Below, one piece after another: positions 40,288 through 55,119 of a DNA stretch of 64,000 bases. This DNA is from Eledone cirrhosa (taxonomy: Eukaryota). The stretch lies in contig OZ024749.1 in NCBI GenBank assembly GCA_964016885.1, positions 35,650,001 to 35,714,000 of the forward strand, read 5' to 3'. Within the stretch, counting starts at the first letter, position 1; every line of letters starts with the position of its first letter. Below the pieces are notes generated by a model. It was not told the DNA's origin, did no database searches, and was given only the letters and a program-made list of their open reading frames with translations. A program made the translations under genes and the position numbers.

Positions 40288-41899
40288 GTCTGGTGGTGGC
40301 ATCAGCCTAACAACATATACTATATATTGGAAATTAAACTGGTTTACAATTGGCTGTTATCAATCAAACTAATCAATACATCCATAAAAGTCTTCTAATC
40401 AATAACCAATGACAATGTGTATTATGTTAAGCTTTGATATACAACCAGTAATATATGTCATAAAAAAGATATGATTAGGAGGACGACAACAACAACAACA
40501 ACAATAGTATTAATTATAACCACAATAACAGCAGCAGCAATAATGTTGTGTGTGTGTGTGTGTGTTTGTTTGTGTGTATGTTTGTGTGTGCATGCATGTG
40601 TGTGTGTGATGGACCTCCATTGGTTCCAACGATGAGTGGTGCACTTGTTTGATCAATGGTATACCCTGTCTATGAAATTGACTTGCAAGTGGCTGAGCAT
40701 TCCACAAATATGTTTACACTTACAGTAGTTTTCAGGGAGTTTCAGCATGACAGAGTGTGAAGCAAGGCTTTCCCTTTAAATAACATGAACAGGCCATCTC
40801 ATATTATAGGCTAAGTGGTTGTGCTTTCCACAGACACATGTACTCTTAACATAACCCTCAGGGAGATTAAGAGTGACATGGTCTGTGACAGAGCTGGCCC
40901 TTTGAATTACAGGTACAACTTCTCTTTTGCAAACTGAGTGAACTGGAGCTATGGGAAAACAAAGTGTCTTGTTCAAGAATGCATCAAACCATTGAGAGTC
41001 AAACCTGTGGCTTTAAAATCATGAATCTAACACCCTAACTATTAAGCTACACAACTTCACATTCTTTTTATAAAATGGCGTATCTACAGTTTTGTGCTTC
41101 ATACAAATGAGACTGTGTTTTCTCATAACACTCTCAATAATTTTATCTTTAGATACAAAAGCAGAAGTTGATAACAGGTTGTAAAGATATAAATAACCTC
41201 ACTCAACGCTGTCGTTTGTTATTTAAAACACCACATAACTTATAACAGCACCAGACACCATATTTTTTAATTATTTAGGTTGGTGGATTGGCAGTATCAA
41301 AAGAATACCAGACAACATGCTTCGTTGCATAGAGTTGTGGCCCTCTACATTCTGAGTTCAATTTAGGTATTGAACCCTAAAACCTTAGTTACAAAACAAA
41401 CTCTTTCACCACACAGCCATGCCTACATCATCTGAAAATATACAATGAGACCAAAGAAGAGAAGAGCAATAATAGTAACAACATAAAAATGGAAATTGCA
41501 GAGTTGTAATAATAATGAGTGTTGATGTCTTGGAAATATCAATAGTTTGGATAATAGGTATATAGATACACTGGTGCCATATATATACTAACACATGCAC
41601 ACACATAGATATTTATATATATATATATAAATATATATATAATAGCTTTTATATATTTAATAGCTTTTACACATCAAACATTTTGTAATTTTTTTAATGA
41701 GCTACAGTCATAATTTCATTTATCACGACATATCATCTCTCTCTCTCGCTCTTTCTCTCTCTCTCTATATATATATATTTATATATGTGTGTGTGTGTAT
41801 GTGTGTGTATATATATGTGTATGTGTGTATATATATGTGTGTGTGTATATATATATGTGTGTGTATATATATGTGTGTGTGTATATATATATATATATA

Positions 41900-42095
41900 T
41901 CATCATCACCGTTTTACGTCCGTTCTTCCACGCTAGCATGGGTTAGACGGGTTGTCCTGTTGTGGGCAGTGTCTGGTCGGCTGACCATGCCTTGCTCATA
42001 CAGGAACTGATTTGGCTTGATTTCTACAGCTGGATGCCCTTCCTAACACCAACCTCATTTACAGTGAGTGCTGGGTGCTTTTTCGTGGCGCCTAC
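41900..42095 (-). mobile_element. RTE/SINE 3' tail module
   Basis: Matches 54800-54984 and 27050-27170. Confidence 0.8.
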
Positions 42096-42272
42096 ATGTA
42101 TATATATATATGTATATATATATATATTTGTATATATATATATGTATATATATATGTATATATATATATATATGTATATTTATATATATGTATATATGTA
42201 TATTTATATTTATATATATGTATATATATATATGTATATATATATATATGTATATTTATATTTATATATATG

Positions 42273-42303
<31 letters not shown>

Positions 42304-42314
42304 GTATATTTATG

Positions 42315-42345
<31 letters not shown>

Positions 42346-42352
42346 GTATATT

Positions 42353-42383
<31 letters not shown>

Positions 42384-42406
42384 GTATATTTATATTTATA
42401 TATATG

Positions 42407-42437
<31 letters not shown>

Positions 42438-42448
42438 GTATATTTATG

Positions 42449-42479
<31 letters not shown>

Positions 42480-42534
42480 GTATATTTATATATATATATA
42501 TGTATATATATATGTATATTTATATATATATGTA

Positions 42535-43030
42535 CACCTCTCCAAGACAATGTCACACACTTACACCTCTCCAAGACAATGTCACTGGACCGAGATCTTT
42601 GGCGGTACTCAGTAATAGAGAAGACCGCCTTGCCTAAATACAATGTAAACCTACTACAGTCAGTAGGCATCTCTAACAAAATACGCCCCCGTCACACCAC
42701 CCCCACCCCATCCACACCGCCCCTTTCAATGTAAAGTTATGTTGGTGTCACAACATCCAGCCCAAAACAAATGAGATCGTGTAGGTGTCACGACAAAAAA
42801 AAACACACAGTCCACGCTGTAATGTGGCCGTGTAGGCAACACGGTAAAAACCTCCCATCCCCACACTGTAAATGTGGTTGGTGTTAGGAAGGGCATCCAG
42901 CTGTAGAAAACCCGCCAGACAGTCCTATGCGAGCAAGACAACCACTCTTGCCTCAAGTGGGAAAACTCCCGTCCAAACCCATGCAAGCGTGGAACATGGA
43001 CGTTAAACGATGATGATGATGATGATGATG
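42535..43030 (+). mobile_element. RTE 3' end with modular UTR
   Basis: Reverse-complement match to 17323-17905; short duplication at the 5' junction. Confidence 0.85.
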
Positions 43031-43080
43031 ATACACACACATATATATATATATATGCACACATATATATATATATATAT

Positions 43081-43129
<49 letters not shown>

Positions 43130-43164
43130 TATATATATATATACGCACACATATATATATATAT

Positions 43165-43203
<39 letters not shown>

Positions 43204-43205
43204 CG

Positions 43206-43239
<34 letters not shown>

Positions 43240-43719
43240 GTCCCACCCTTGCAAGCAGGGAAAAGCAGACGTATGATGATGATGATGATGATATATAAAT
43301 ATACACACACACATATATACACTTGTGTTCACATATGTATGTATGAGCATATGTGTGTATCTATGTATGTGTTTGTGTGAGCACATATATAAATCATATG
43401 TAAGTGCAGCAATGGTAAATGAAATAATAAAAACAACAACATTGACAATAACAGAAACAACAACAACAAATACAGCAATGCAGACATTATTGGCTGTACA
43501 ACTAATTCTAAGAACTATTTAAATTCTTCACCATGCCTCCCTACACACTCCTACTCACACATACGCACACATACAGTTATCTGTGTACATGCAACATATC
43601 CATCATATATATATATGTATATATATATATATATGTGTGTGTCTCTCTCTCTCTATATATATATATATATGTCTGTCTGTGTGTGTGTGTGTCTCTATAT
43701 ATATATATATATGTGTGTG

Positions 43720-43793
<74 letters not shown>

Positions 43794-43809
43794 GGCTATA
43801 TAGAATAGG

Positions 43810-43952
<143 letters not shown>

Positions 43953-44038
43953 TATACATATATATAAAGTATGGGTATATAGAACAGGGTGCATATATAT
44001 ATATATATATTTATATATAGAGAGACACACGCACAGAC

Positions 44039-44069
<31 letters not shown>

Positions 44070-44109
44070 TATACATATATATAAAGTATGGTTATATAGA
44101 ACAGGGTGC

Positions 44110-44141
<32 letters not shown>

Positions 44142-46303
44142 GTATATATATATCGGTAACCAACCAACACATACTCAAATTTATATATATATATATGTTG
44201 GTAGGTAATGAAAAAAAATATTACTTAAAGTAGAATTTGGTACCTGTAATGTTTTTTGGTTAGATTTACAGGTTAGTTTAAAGATATTTTTTGTATGTTT
44301 GAAAGTCTGTGTGTATGACTGTCTGAATGTTTGTGTGTGTGTCCAACTCTTGCTATAAGAATAAATCGACATTAAATAATGATTATATATACATACACAC
44401 GTTTATATATATATATATATGCACCCTGTTCTATAAAGCCATACTTTTCTACATAATTACACCACCACACAGGTGATATACTCATGCACACACACACACA
44501 TACACACATTTATGGTCACAAATCAGCTATAAATATTGATCGATATTACATTTTGGTTTTATGCACTAGCTGTACTACAGCTAATAATTTACCAACCAAA
44601 CACAGCAGAGTCAACGTTGGTCAGAAGTTGCGACATAGTGCGACGTAAGGTGACGTAGTGGCTACCATGTTTGTCTTCACTCATCAAGTACACGCTCTGC
44701 TTCATGTTTTGTTCATTTAACTTCCTGTTGCTCTGTAATGTTTGTTGAATCATCTTGTCAATGTTGTTTCCTCTCTGGTAAATATCTCCATATCAATCTA
44801 GGACAAAACATGTTTAAATATTTATAATGGAACAAGGAATACATGGTATCATTTAAAGTGGGTAACTTTTCCTGTAAAAAAAAAGAAACAAATGATAGCA
44901 TGATAGATATTTAAATGTTTAAAATAGTTTCTTGTGAAGACAATATTATATTATTTTTGGTAAATATTTTTGTATTGATGTAGGACAAAACATATTTAAA
45001 TATTTATCACAGAATAATTGGGTAACTTTCCCAGTAAAAAACGTGATAGTTTGTTGGAGTTGTATTTGTCAGATAAGTGACTTGATCTGAGTTCGTGTAT
45101 CGTTGAATCTGAAGCTATTTTATCATAAAAGAGTCATTTTAACAATTTAGAAACTGTTAACTTCACTTAATATCTATTATAGAAAACATCAAAATATTCA
45201 TCATACTGTCATAATATTTGAAAAGAGTTCTGGTGATTAAGATTTTATAATATTCCTTGCAAATATCTCTATATACAAGGCATGTGAACTATTAATGGTG
45301 GAATAAGTAATTAATAATATTTAACTATCAGAAACTGTTCTTGGCTTTACAATACATAACATTGTAAAGCCAGTGTAGGATGCTAAATACACATGCACCA
45401 TCTCTGAATCCATAGAATCATTTAAAGCGGGTAATAATGATTTTGTGAAACTGTAATAGATGGAAAATGTTTAAATGTTTAAAGTGAGTTCTTGATTTTA
45501 CAATATTTCTGGAAAATTTCTATATAATAATGTAGAACAAGATATGTTGAATTATTAATCATGGAATAGAGAATTCAAAGCACCATTTAAAGTGCATAAC
45601 ATTTCCTGTAAGAAAAAAAAAAAGTAATAGTAGTATGATATATGTTTAATGTTTGAAATCTCATTCTTGTTAAAAAAATATCTTTAAATATTTCTGCTAT
45701 TAAATTCCTCTTAAGATCGGAAATAGTTGATATGAAGAATAGATGTAAATATTGATAAATATTTCATCTCTGAAGATTAAGTTAATTGTCTGAAAAATTA
45801 GAAACTTTTTGTAGTATGTATTGTTGGAGTAGAGTGTTTGGAGAAATTATCTATGTTCAGTGGTAATGGCTGACTATGTAGAAAAAAAGAAGAAATATTA
45901 TCTATCATGGTGTGTTGCGTCTATGTACATGTCTGTACATGTGTGTGTGTGTATATGCATGTGTGCATGCATGTATATGTGTACAAAATTGATCTCCCTT
46001 AGCATATTCAGCATAAGGATTTTGCTGGCAGATGGCATAGTGTCTGCTTACTATGGAATAGCTGTTAGTGTATGTTGCACAGTAGATGCTGCATGACAAA
46101 ATTGTTAAAAGGTTCACTTCACAATTATTAGGTCCTGGGTTTAGCCCCACTGTGTGACATCATGAGCAAGTGAAATTGGGTAGACAGAACCTATTTAGAA
46201 GCCTGTTGGATGGACTGTACCTGTAACTGAAAGGATCAGCTTTGTTACACACTGTGTCACACTTTATCTTACTGAGAAATAAGACAAGGGTATATGTGCT
46301 AAT

Positions 46304-46604
46304 CAGAGGCTTAACTAGGGAAAATAGTGCCTGTGGCAAGCAGTGAAATTGCGCCTCTGCCGAGCACTGTATTTTTACCTATGGGCCTAATAATTTATAT
46401 AAATCATTTAATGATCCAGCCACCATAGTGTTCTCACTCATGATAATCAGAGACAGATCATATATTTGAAGGAGTTTCTTTTTTCCCTCTCTGATGATAG
46501 CTTATCTGACTTTAATAGAAAGTGCTCCTAGTCCAGGTACCGCCCCCTTTCAAGTGACCACCATGGCATGTACCATGCTTGCCATACCCTAGATACACCC
46601 TCTG
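46304..46604. mobile_element. hAT (Tip100-like) MITE in an old SINE
   Basis: TIR cagaggcttaactaggg / ccctagatacaccctctg; 8-bp TSD GTGCTAAT. Confidence 0.8.
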
Positions 46605-47074
46605 GTGCTAATGGAGTGCTCAGTCACTTACATGTTAATTTCACATGTATACTGTTCCATTGATTGAACTGGAACATTGACAAAACTGCTGGAGGTCCAT
46701 TCTATGATTTACAAGAATCTAGAAAGAGGGCAAGGTTAATTCATCTTCACCATCCTTTCAGCGTTATTAATCATAATGAAGTCATCGTTGCTTTACAAAA
46801 ACATTTGAGCTTTCAAAGATGGCTCACCTTCAGCTTTCACAATTTGCAGATGTCTCCTTCATATATTTTTTTTAGCATGGGTAAATTGAAGGTTTATTAA
46901 AAAAAAAGGTCTACCTTATTTTAAAAATTAATTACACAATTAATAAAATTGATTAATCACTTAATTAAGTGTATAATTAATTAATTACAGATTACATTTC
47001 TAATTATAAATTGTCAGAGTTAACAAAGCTGTCATAAATACACACAAAAATTTAAGCATGTTATTTGTAATAGA

Positions 47075-47525
47075 TGCAGGCATGGTTATGTGGTTAGGAA
47101 ACTGGCTCTAGCTTCACAACCACATGATTTCAGGTTCAATCCTATTGCATGGCACCTTCGATAAGTTTTGTCTTTTATGTGGTTATGTTGATACCACAAA
47201 ACATCCAGCCCACACTGTAGAGTGGTCGTGTAGGTGTCACGACAAAAAGCACCAGGCCACACTGAAAGTGGTCATGTAGGTGTCACAACAAAAAGCACTA
47301 GTCCACACTGTAAAGTGGTCGTATAGGAGACATGGTAAAAAGCACCCACCACACACTGTAAATGTGGTTGGCATTAGAAAAGGCATCCAGCCGTAGAAAA
47401 CCAACCAGAAACAGTCCTATACGAGCAAGACACGGTCACCCGACCCAACTTGCCTCAAGTGGGACAAACCCGTCTAATCCATGCTAGCGTGGAAGAAAGA
47501 CAGTAAACAACAGTGATGATGATGA
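47075..47525 (+). mobile_element. Old SINE head followed by RTE-type tail with tandem ~40-bp units
   Basis: cacactgtaaagtggtcgtgtaggtgtcac units; related to 61095-61590. Confidence 0.7.
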
Positions 47526-47814
47526 TAGCCTCAGCTTGACCAATATTATCTTGAAAGTTGAATTGGGTAGATGGAAACTGTGTGGAATCCCTTGTGTCTT
47601 ATTGTTAGTAGTAGATTGCCAGAATCATTGGGGATACCTTGTTGTAGATCCTAGTATTGCTATTTTATCAACTGTACTTGTGTCTATCCTCAGAAGTTTA
47701 TAATTCCATTTGTGCCTATTATAAAGAGGATTATAAACAAACTCCTCAACTGGTCAGTTATTATCAAATAATTACTGTTATGTTTATAACTGCAGTTGTT
47801 GCTATGTTCTTGCA

Positions 47815-49218
47815 GCAACTGTTGTTGTTATCAGTTGTGTTGTTGTTGCTGGCAGTGTTGTTGTTGTTGTTTTGGCTAGTGTGATTGTTGTTGGCAGTGT
47901 CATTGTTAATGTCAGTGCTGTTATTGTTGACAGTGTTGTTGTTGTTGTGGCTAGTGTTGTTGTTGTTGTTGACAGTGTTGTTGTTGTTTTGGCTAGTGTG
48001 ATTGTTGTTGGTAGTGTCGTTGTTAATGTCAGTGTTGTTATTGTTGTGGCTAGTGTTGTTGTTGTTGACAGTGTTGTTGTTGTTGTTGTGGCTAGTGTTG
48101 TTGTTGTTGGCAGTGTTGTTGTTGTTGTTTTGGCTAGTGTGATTGTTGTTGGCAGTGTCATTGTTAATGTCAGTGTTGTTATTGTTGTGGCTAGTGTTGT
48201 TGTTGTTGACAGTGTTGTTGTTGTTGTGGCTAGTGTTGTTGTTGTTGACAGTGTTGTTGTTGTTGTTTTGGCTAGTGTGATTGTTGTTGGTAGTGTCGTT
48301 GTTAATGTCAGTGTTGTTATTGTTGTGGCTAGTGTTGTTGTTGTTGACAGTGTTGTTGTTGTTGTTTTGGCTAGTGTGATTGTTGTTGGTAGTGTCGTTG
48401 TTAATGTCAGTGTTGTTATTGTTGTGGCTAGTGTTGTTGTTGTTGACAGTGTTGTTGTTGTTGTGGCTAGTGTTGTTGTTGTTGACAGTGTTGTTGTTGT
48501 TGTTGTGGCTAGTGTTGTTGTTGTTGACAGTGTTGTTATTGTTGTGGCTAGTGTTGTTGTTGTTGACAGTGTTGTTGTTGTTGTGGCTAGTGTTGTTGTT
48601 GTTGACAGTGTTGTTGTTGTTGTGGCTAGTGTTGTTGTTGTTGACAGTGTTGTTATTGTTGTGGCTAGTGTTGTTGTTGTTGACAGTGTTGTTGTTGTTG
48701 TGGCTAGTGTTGTTGTTGTTGACAGTGTTGTTGTTGTTGTGGCTAGTGTTGTTGTTGTTGACAGTGTTGTTGTTGTTGTGGCTAGTGTTGTTGTTGTTGA
48801 CAGTGTTGTTGTTGTTGTGGCTAGTGTTGTTGTTGTTGACAGTGTTGTTATTGTTGTGGCTAGTGTTGTTGTTGTTGACAGTGTTGTTGTTGTTGTGGCT
48901 AGTGTTGTTGTTGTTGACAGTGTTGTTGTTGTTGTGGCTAGTGTTGTTGTTGTTGACAGTGTTGTTGTTGTTGTGGCTAGTGTTGTTGTTGTTGACAGTG
49001 TTGTTGTTGTTGTGGCTAGTGTTGTTGTTGTTGACAGTGTTGTTGTTGTTGTGGCTAGTGTTGTTGTTGTTGTTGACAGTGTTGTTGTTGTTTTGGCTAG
49101 TGTGATTGTTGTTGGCAGTGTCATTGTTAATGTCAGTGTTGTTATTGTTGTGGCTAGTGTTGTTGTTGTTGACAGTGTTGTTGTTGTTGTTGTTATTGGC
49201 AGTGCTACTGTTGTTGTC
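47815..49218. repeat. (GTT)-based 39-bp minisatellite
   Basis: Unit gtggctagtgttgttgttgttgacagtgttgttgttgtt. Confidence 0.95.
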
Positions 49219-49649
49219 ATTCAGGCTGATGTGATATTGAGGAAATCTGTTCATGCAATTTAAACTTGTTTGCGTAGATTAACTCACACGATAGTACTAG
49301 CGGGGGAGGGGTTTACATAGAAGAACCCCCTGTGAAATTATGTGATATGTTGTGATACCAACATCATTTCCACCACTACTATTATCATATAGAAAGCTAT
49401 ATTATCTGTTAATGATTGAAACTGTGTGATATGATGATGATATTGTATAAGGAGAGATGTATATATGTGTGTATTTACAGCTATTATATCATGACTGGAA
49501 TTAGTTGAGATATGAAATTATGGTATATCTAGTCTTAACCCTTTTGATACCAAATCTCTGAAACTGCTCCTGTTTTTATGCCACATCACTGTTTGTTTTA
49601 AAACATTTATATTTATCTAAAAGCCTTCCATTATAATTTTATATAAATA

Positions 49650-49833
49650 TCGGTGGATTGGCAGTATCGGTAGAGAGTCGGACGCCATGCTTTGACGCAT
49701 AGAGTTACGGCCCTTGCCATTCTGAGTTCAAATCCCACCGAGGTTAACTTTGCCTTTCATCCTTACGGGGTCGATAAAATAAAGTACCAGTAACGCACTG
49801 GGTAATTGCTGGCCTTGTGCCAAAAGTAGAAAT
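49650..49833 (+). mobile_element. SINE family A inside a decayed piggyBac-like MITE array (49535-50186)
   Basis: Matches 3035-3217. Confidence 0.85.
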
Positions 49834-50434
49834 AAGTATAATTTTATGTAAAGACCTTTGTTCCAAACATGACCTTTGTTCCAAACACGAACTTAATAAT
49901 GAGAAAGTTATATTACTAAATCTTTCCAAATTCCTGATTGTTTTCAAAATTATTTGAAAAACATAGGCTGTGTCTTTCTTTAGAAATATGGTAATGGAAG
50001 GTTAAAGAGTTTATGTTTATCAAAAAACATAAGTCTATGTTAGAACCCTTGTTAAGTTATGTTCCAACAACCAGCTTAGTAACAAGCAAGTTAGTTTAAA
50101 TCCCTCAAAATTCTTGATTATTTTCAAAATTATTTGAAAAACATAATCAAATCTTTCATTAGAAATATGGTAACAAAAAGGTTAATAATAGAAATAGAAA
50201 ATATTCGAAAAATATATTCCTTTGAAGAATTCCTATTTTGATTCGATGGAGAGGAAGTAATCTGACTCCATTTTGTTTCAACATTTATTTTTCTTCTCTA
50301 ATGTTTTTAGACCATTAAATGAAGGAGTGGAGAGAGAGAGAATGAGATAAAGAAATACGTGAGTGTGTAGGTGTATACGTATTGATGTAGGTATGTATGT
50401 GTGTGTAAATGTAAGTATGTACATGTGTATATGT

Positions 50435-51005
50435 TCGTGTATGTGTAGGTTTGTATGTGCTTTTGTGTGTGTAGTGTTTTTGTTTGTTGGTGTATGTGTT
50501 GGTGTGTCTGTATGTGTGTGTATGTGTAGGTTTGTATGTGTGTTTGCGTGTGTATTGTGTTTGTTTGTTGGTGTATGTGTTGGTGTGTCTGTATGTGCGT
50601 GTATGTGTAGGTTTGTATGTGTGTTTGTGTGTGTAGTGTGTTTGTTTGTAGGTGTATGTGTTGGTGTGTCTGTATATTCGTGTATGTGTAGGTTTGTATG
50701 TGTGTTTGTGTGTGTATTGTGTTTGTTTGTTGGTGTATGTGTTGGTGTGTCTGTATGTGTGTGTATGTGTAGGTTTGTATGTGTGTTTGTGTGTGTATTG
50801 TGTTTGTTTGTTGGTGTATGTGTTGGTGTGTCTGTATGTGTGTGTATGTGTAGGTTTGTATGTGTGTTTGTGTGTGTATTGTGTTTGTTTGTAGGTGTAT
50901 GTGTTGGTGTGTCTGTATGTGCGTGTATGTGTAGGTTTGTATGTGTGTTTGCGTGTGTATTGTGTTTGTTTGTTGGTGTATGTGTTGGTGTGTCTGTATG
51001 TGTGT
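50435..51005. repeat. 81-bp TG-rich minisatellite, about 7 copies
   Basis: taggtttgtatg recurs at 50527, 50608, 50689, 50770, 50851, 50932. Confidence 0.92.
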
Positions 51006-52099
51006 GTATGTTTGTGTATGTGTAAATTTGTATGTGTGTGTTTGTGTGTAGGTGTGTGCATGTATGTAGATATGTACATGTATGTGTAGGTACACTTGTG
51101 TTCGTGTTGTGTCATTTATGTGTGTGTAGTGTAGGTGTGTTTGTGTGTTGGTATGTGTGTGTATGTATTGGTATGTGTGTGTATGTATTGGTATGTCTGT
51201 GTATGTGTGTTTTTTTGTGTGTAGGTGTGTGCACGTATGTAGATATATACATGTGTGTGTGAAGGAACAATTGTATTTGTGTGTGTAGGTGTGCTTGTGT
51301 GTTGGGATGTGTGTGTATGTATTGGTATGTCTGTGTATGTGTGGATATGTCTGTGTATTTGTGTGTGTAGGTGTGCTTGTGTGTTGGGATGTGTGTGTAT
51401 GTGTTAGTATGTGTGTGTATGTGTAGGTATATCTGTGTATGTGTAGGTATGTATGTGTATGTATGTATATCTGTGTATGTGTGTGTATATCTGTGTATGT
51501 ATGTCTGCATGTCTGTGTGTGTGTGTGTCAGTATATCTGCGTTTTGCTAGATGTGGGTGTTGGGTTGTGTGTAGGTGTGTGTTAGTATATGTGTTGTTGG
51601 TATATGATTATGTTTTTTGTCACTATGTGTGAGTATGTGTGTGTTGGTATATGTGTGTGTACATAGGCGGGGACATTGAGTATATCTGTGTGTTTGTGCT
51701 TCTGTTTGTATTTTGTAAATAACAACTCCCACAATCAATATTATTGATTCTTTCCATCTATCTACCTATCTATGTCTGTCTAATTACCCACACGGATATA
51801 TATATATACATATATATATATATACATATATGTGTGTGTTTGTGTGTCTACATATGTATACATACATACATATACATGGATATTATATATCATTATAGAT
51901 ATGTATATAATATCAAAATTATATATAATAATATATAATGGTTATAAAACAAATAGGTACTTAAAAGAAAGAGACTATATATATATATATGTATATATAT
52001 ATCATCATCATCGTTTAATGTCCATCTTCCATGCTATTTATATATATATATGTATATTTATATGTATATATATATGTATATTTATATATGTATATTTAT

Positions 52100-52437
52100 A
52101 TCATCACCATCATCATTTTACGTCCACTTTTTCCCTGCTTGCAAGGGTGGGACGGTAACTGATTCTGGCTTGATTTCTACAGCTGGATGCCCTTCCTAAC
52201 ACCAACCTCATTTACAGTGAGTGCTGGGTGGTTTTTGCCGTGGCACCTCCACGACCACTTTGCAGTGGAATGATATGGACCCCAGTCCCTATCATCTCAT
52301 TTCTACAGCTGAGTAAACTGGAGCAATGTGAAATAAAGTGTCTTGCTTAAGGAAACAACACATCACCGGTCTGAGAATTGAACTCACAACCTTTCGATTG
52401 CAAGGCCAATGCTCTAACCACTAAGCCATGTGCCTCC
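52100..52437 (-). mobile_element. SINE family C
   Basis: Near-identical to 25433-25776. Confidence 0.9.
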
Positions 52438-52524
52438 ATTATCATATATATATTTATATATATATATAAATGTATATATATATATTTATATATATATAAA
52501 TGTATATATATATAAATGTATATA

Positions 52525-52571
<47 letters not shown>

Positions 52572-52702
52572 GTATATATATATATATATATAAATGTATA
52601 TATATATATATAAATGTGTATATATAAATGTGTGTGTTTGTGTGTCTACATATGTATACACGCACATACATACATATACATGGCTATTATATATCATTAT
52701 AG

Positions 52703-52883
52703 TGGTGATTGGCAGTATCGGTAGAGGGTCGGACACCATGCTTTCCAGCATAGTTACGTCCCTTTACGATATGAGTTCAAATCCCGCCAAGGTTGACTTT
52801 GCCTTTCATCCTTACGGGGTCGATAAAATAAAGTACCAGTAATACACTGGGTAATTGCTGGCCTTGTGCCAAAAGTAGAAACA
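52703..52883 (+). mobile_element. SINE family A with 7-bp TSD
   Basis: TSD attatag at 52696-52702 and 52884-52890. Confidence 0.88.
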
Positions 52884-53506
52884 ATTATAGATATGTATAT
52901 AATATCAAAATTATATATAATTATATATAATATAAATGAACCCGGAATAACTTATATACATCATCATCATCATCATTTTACATCCGCTTTTCCCTGCTTA
53001 TATATGTATATATATTCTTATATATATATTTATTTTAATATATATGACAATTTCTCTTAGTATTTTCAAATATATATTCATTTCAAACACCATTATATGT
53101 CTTTATATTATCGTTTTAAATCTTAAGTCGTTCATATGTTCATTGAGTTCTTAGCTTCATCTTCTGACATAGCAGGCACCCAGTACACTCTGTAAAGTGG
53201 TTCGTTATAGAAATTGCATCCAAACAAAGTGTAAAGAGTACTCTTCAGTTGTATCAAAGACATGACAACCTCAATAGTGCTGATGCCATGATAAAATAGA
53301 CCTAGTACACCCTGTAAAGTGGTTGGTGATAGGAAGGGCACTGATGCAATGATAAAATGCAATTTGTGCTTTTTATAGAATGTTGGAACATATATAAATG
53401 AGATGCTACCCCCAACCCACCAGTGAGACCAATGGCTCTGATTAAGAACTGGCTTGGTCTGTGGTGACCTGTCCAGCCATTGCTAGCAGGTAAAGACACA
53501 CATAAA

Positions 53507-53711
53507 CCCTTTAGCATTTACATTACTCTATATTTACTATTATTTTATCACAATAAAAGCTTTACCTCACATAATTCTCTCAGATAATATCGAATCTATG
53601 AGATTTTGATATTATTTATTTTGAGAGTAATACCTTAACATCAGTATGAGTGGCCAGTTACAGCCAGTTTGAGAATTCTGACCGGATATGGCTGGTTTAA
53701 ATGCTAAAGGG
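53507..53711. mobile_element. piggyBac-type MITE, second copy
   Basis: Inverted homolog of 28816-29035. Confidence 0.8.
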
Positions 53712-54232
53712 TTGGTAGTTTTTATTTACCAAATACATTGCTCAACTGGAGGTTAAAGTAAAAGTATGAGTAATATTCTAGAAGAAATATATGCCCAAGT
53801 TAATATCAGAATATACAACAAAATAGTAATTCTATATTATACTAAATAGATTTGTACTTTTAAAGTGTTCTTATTTCACATTTCTCATAAAAACATTTTA
53901 TGAAAGAAATTCCAGCTGTTTTTAGTTTTTCTCTTTTCTTTTTTTCATTTTACCACATGAAATCAAATAATGTTTCATGAGATTTAGATTTTAAAGGGAA
54001 ATAATTTGGTTATAAAACCATTTTCGCCCCAAAATTGCTTCTACATAATATGTATTGCTGTTCAAACACAACCAATGTTTCCAATCTCTCTCTCCAACTA
54101 TACATGTGTATTTGTGTGTGTATGCATGCGTGCGTGTGTTTGCATGTGTGTGTGTCTTTGCACGTGTATGTTTGCATGTGTGTGTGTATGTGTTTGCATG
54201 TTTGTGTAGCAGTGAAAATTAAGGTTAATTGA

Positions 54233-54264
<32 letters not shown>

Positions 54265-54268
<4 letters not shown>

Positions 54269-54984
54269 TGTGTATATGAACAGCAATGTTACATGGAAGT
54301 GAAACCTGGGCACTGTCTGTAGAAGACTTGCACATATTAGAAAGAAACGAAGCTTGTATGCTCCGATGGATGTGTAATAGTAATATACGCGAACGGCAAA
54401 GTATAAACGAATTGAGAGAGAGACTGAGCATCAGAGGAATCAAATTCTGTGTGCAGGAGAGGGGGTTATGTTGGTATGGACATGTGATGCGTATGAAGCA
54501 TGACAGCTGCATAAAAAGGTGCAGAGCACTAGAAGTCGATGGAATCCGCAGAGTGGAGAGATCCAAGAAGACCTGGGATGAGTTGATAAAGGCCGACCTT
54601 ATGCAATTGCACCTTTCAAGAGACACACGACTGTGACCTCAGTAATACAGAAGACCTGACCCCCCACAGGAACAAGCCGAAGCTGAAGCATATAGACAAT
54701 ATGCCCCCCACACCCTCCCACTGCAAAGTGGTCGTGGAGGTGCCACGGCAAAAAAGCACCCAGCCCACACTGTAAAGTGGACGTGTAGGCACCATGGACA
54801 AAAGCACCCAGCACTCACTGTAAATGAGGTTGGTGTTAGGAAGGGCATCCAGCTGTAGAAATCAAGCCAGAATCAGTTCCTGTATGAGCAAGACAAGGTC
54901 AGCCGACTAGACACTGCTCACAACAGGACAACCTGTCTAACCCATGCTAGCGTGGAAGAACGGACGTAAAAGGATGATGATGAT
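54265..54984 (+). mobile_element. RTE LINE 3' fragment with modular UTR
   Basis: [27 protein letters not shown]; (GAT)n tail. Confidence 0.9.
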
Positions 54985-55119
54985 ATATATATATATGTTA
55001 TATATATATATGTTATATGTTATATATATATATGTTATGGAATACTGTTAGCTTCTCGCTACAACAATTTCTATACTTTTCATTTATATATATATATATA
55101 TAGGTTTTTAGTTTTATAT

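Noticed and set aside
46730-46860. Minus-strand INNAERMVKM resembling a transposase motif
   Set aside because: Too short and interrupted by stops to support a call.
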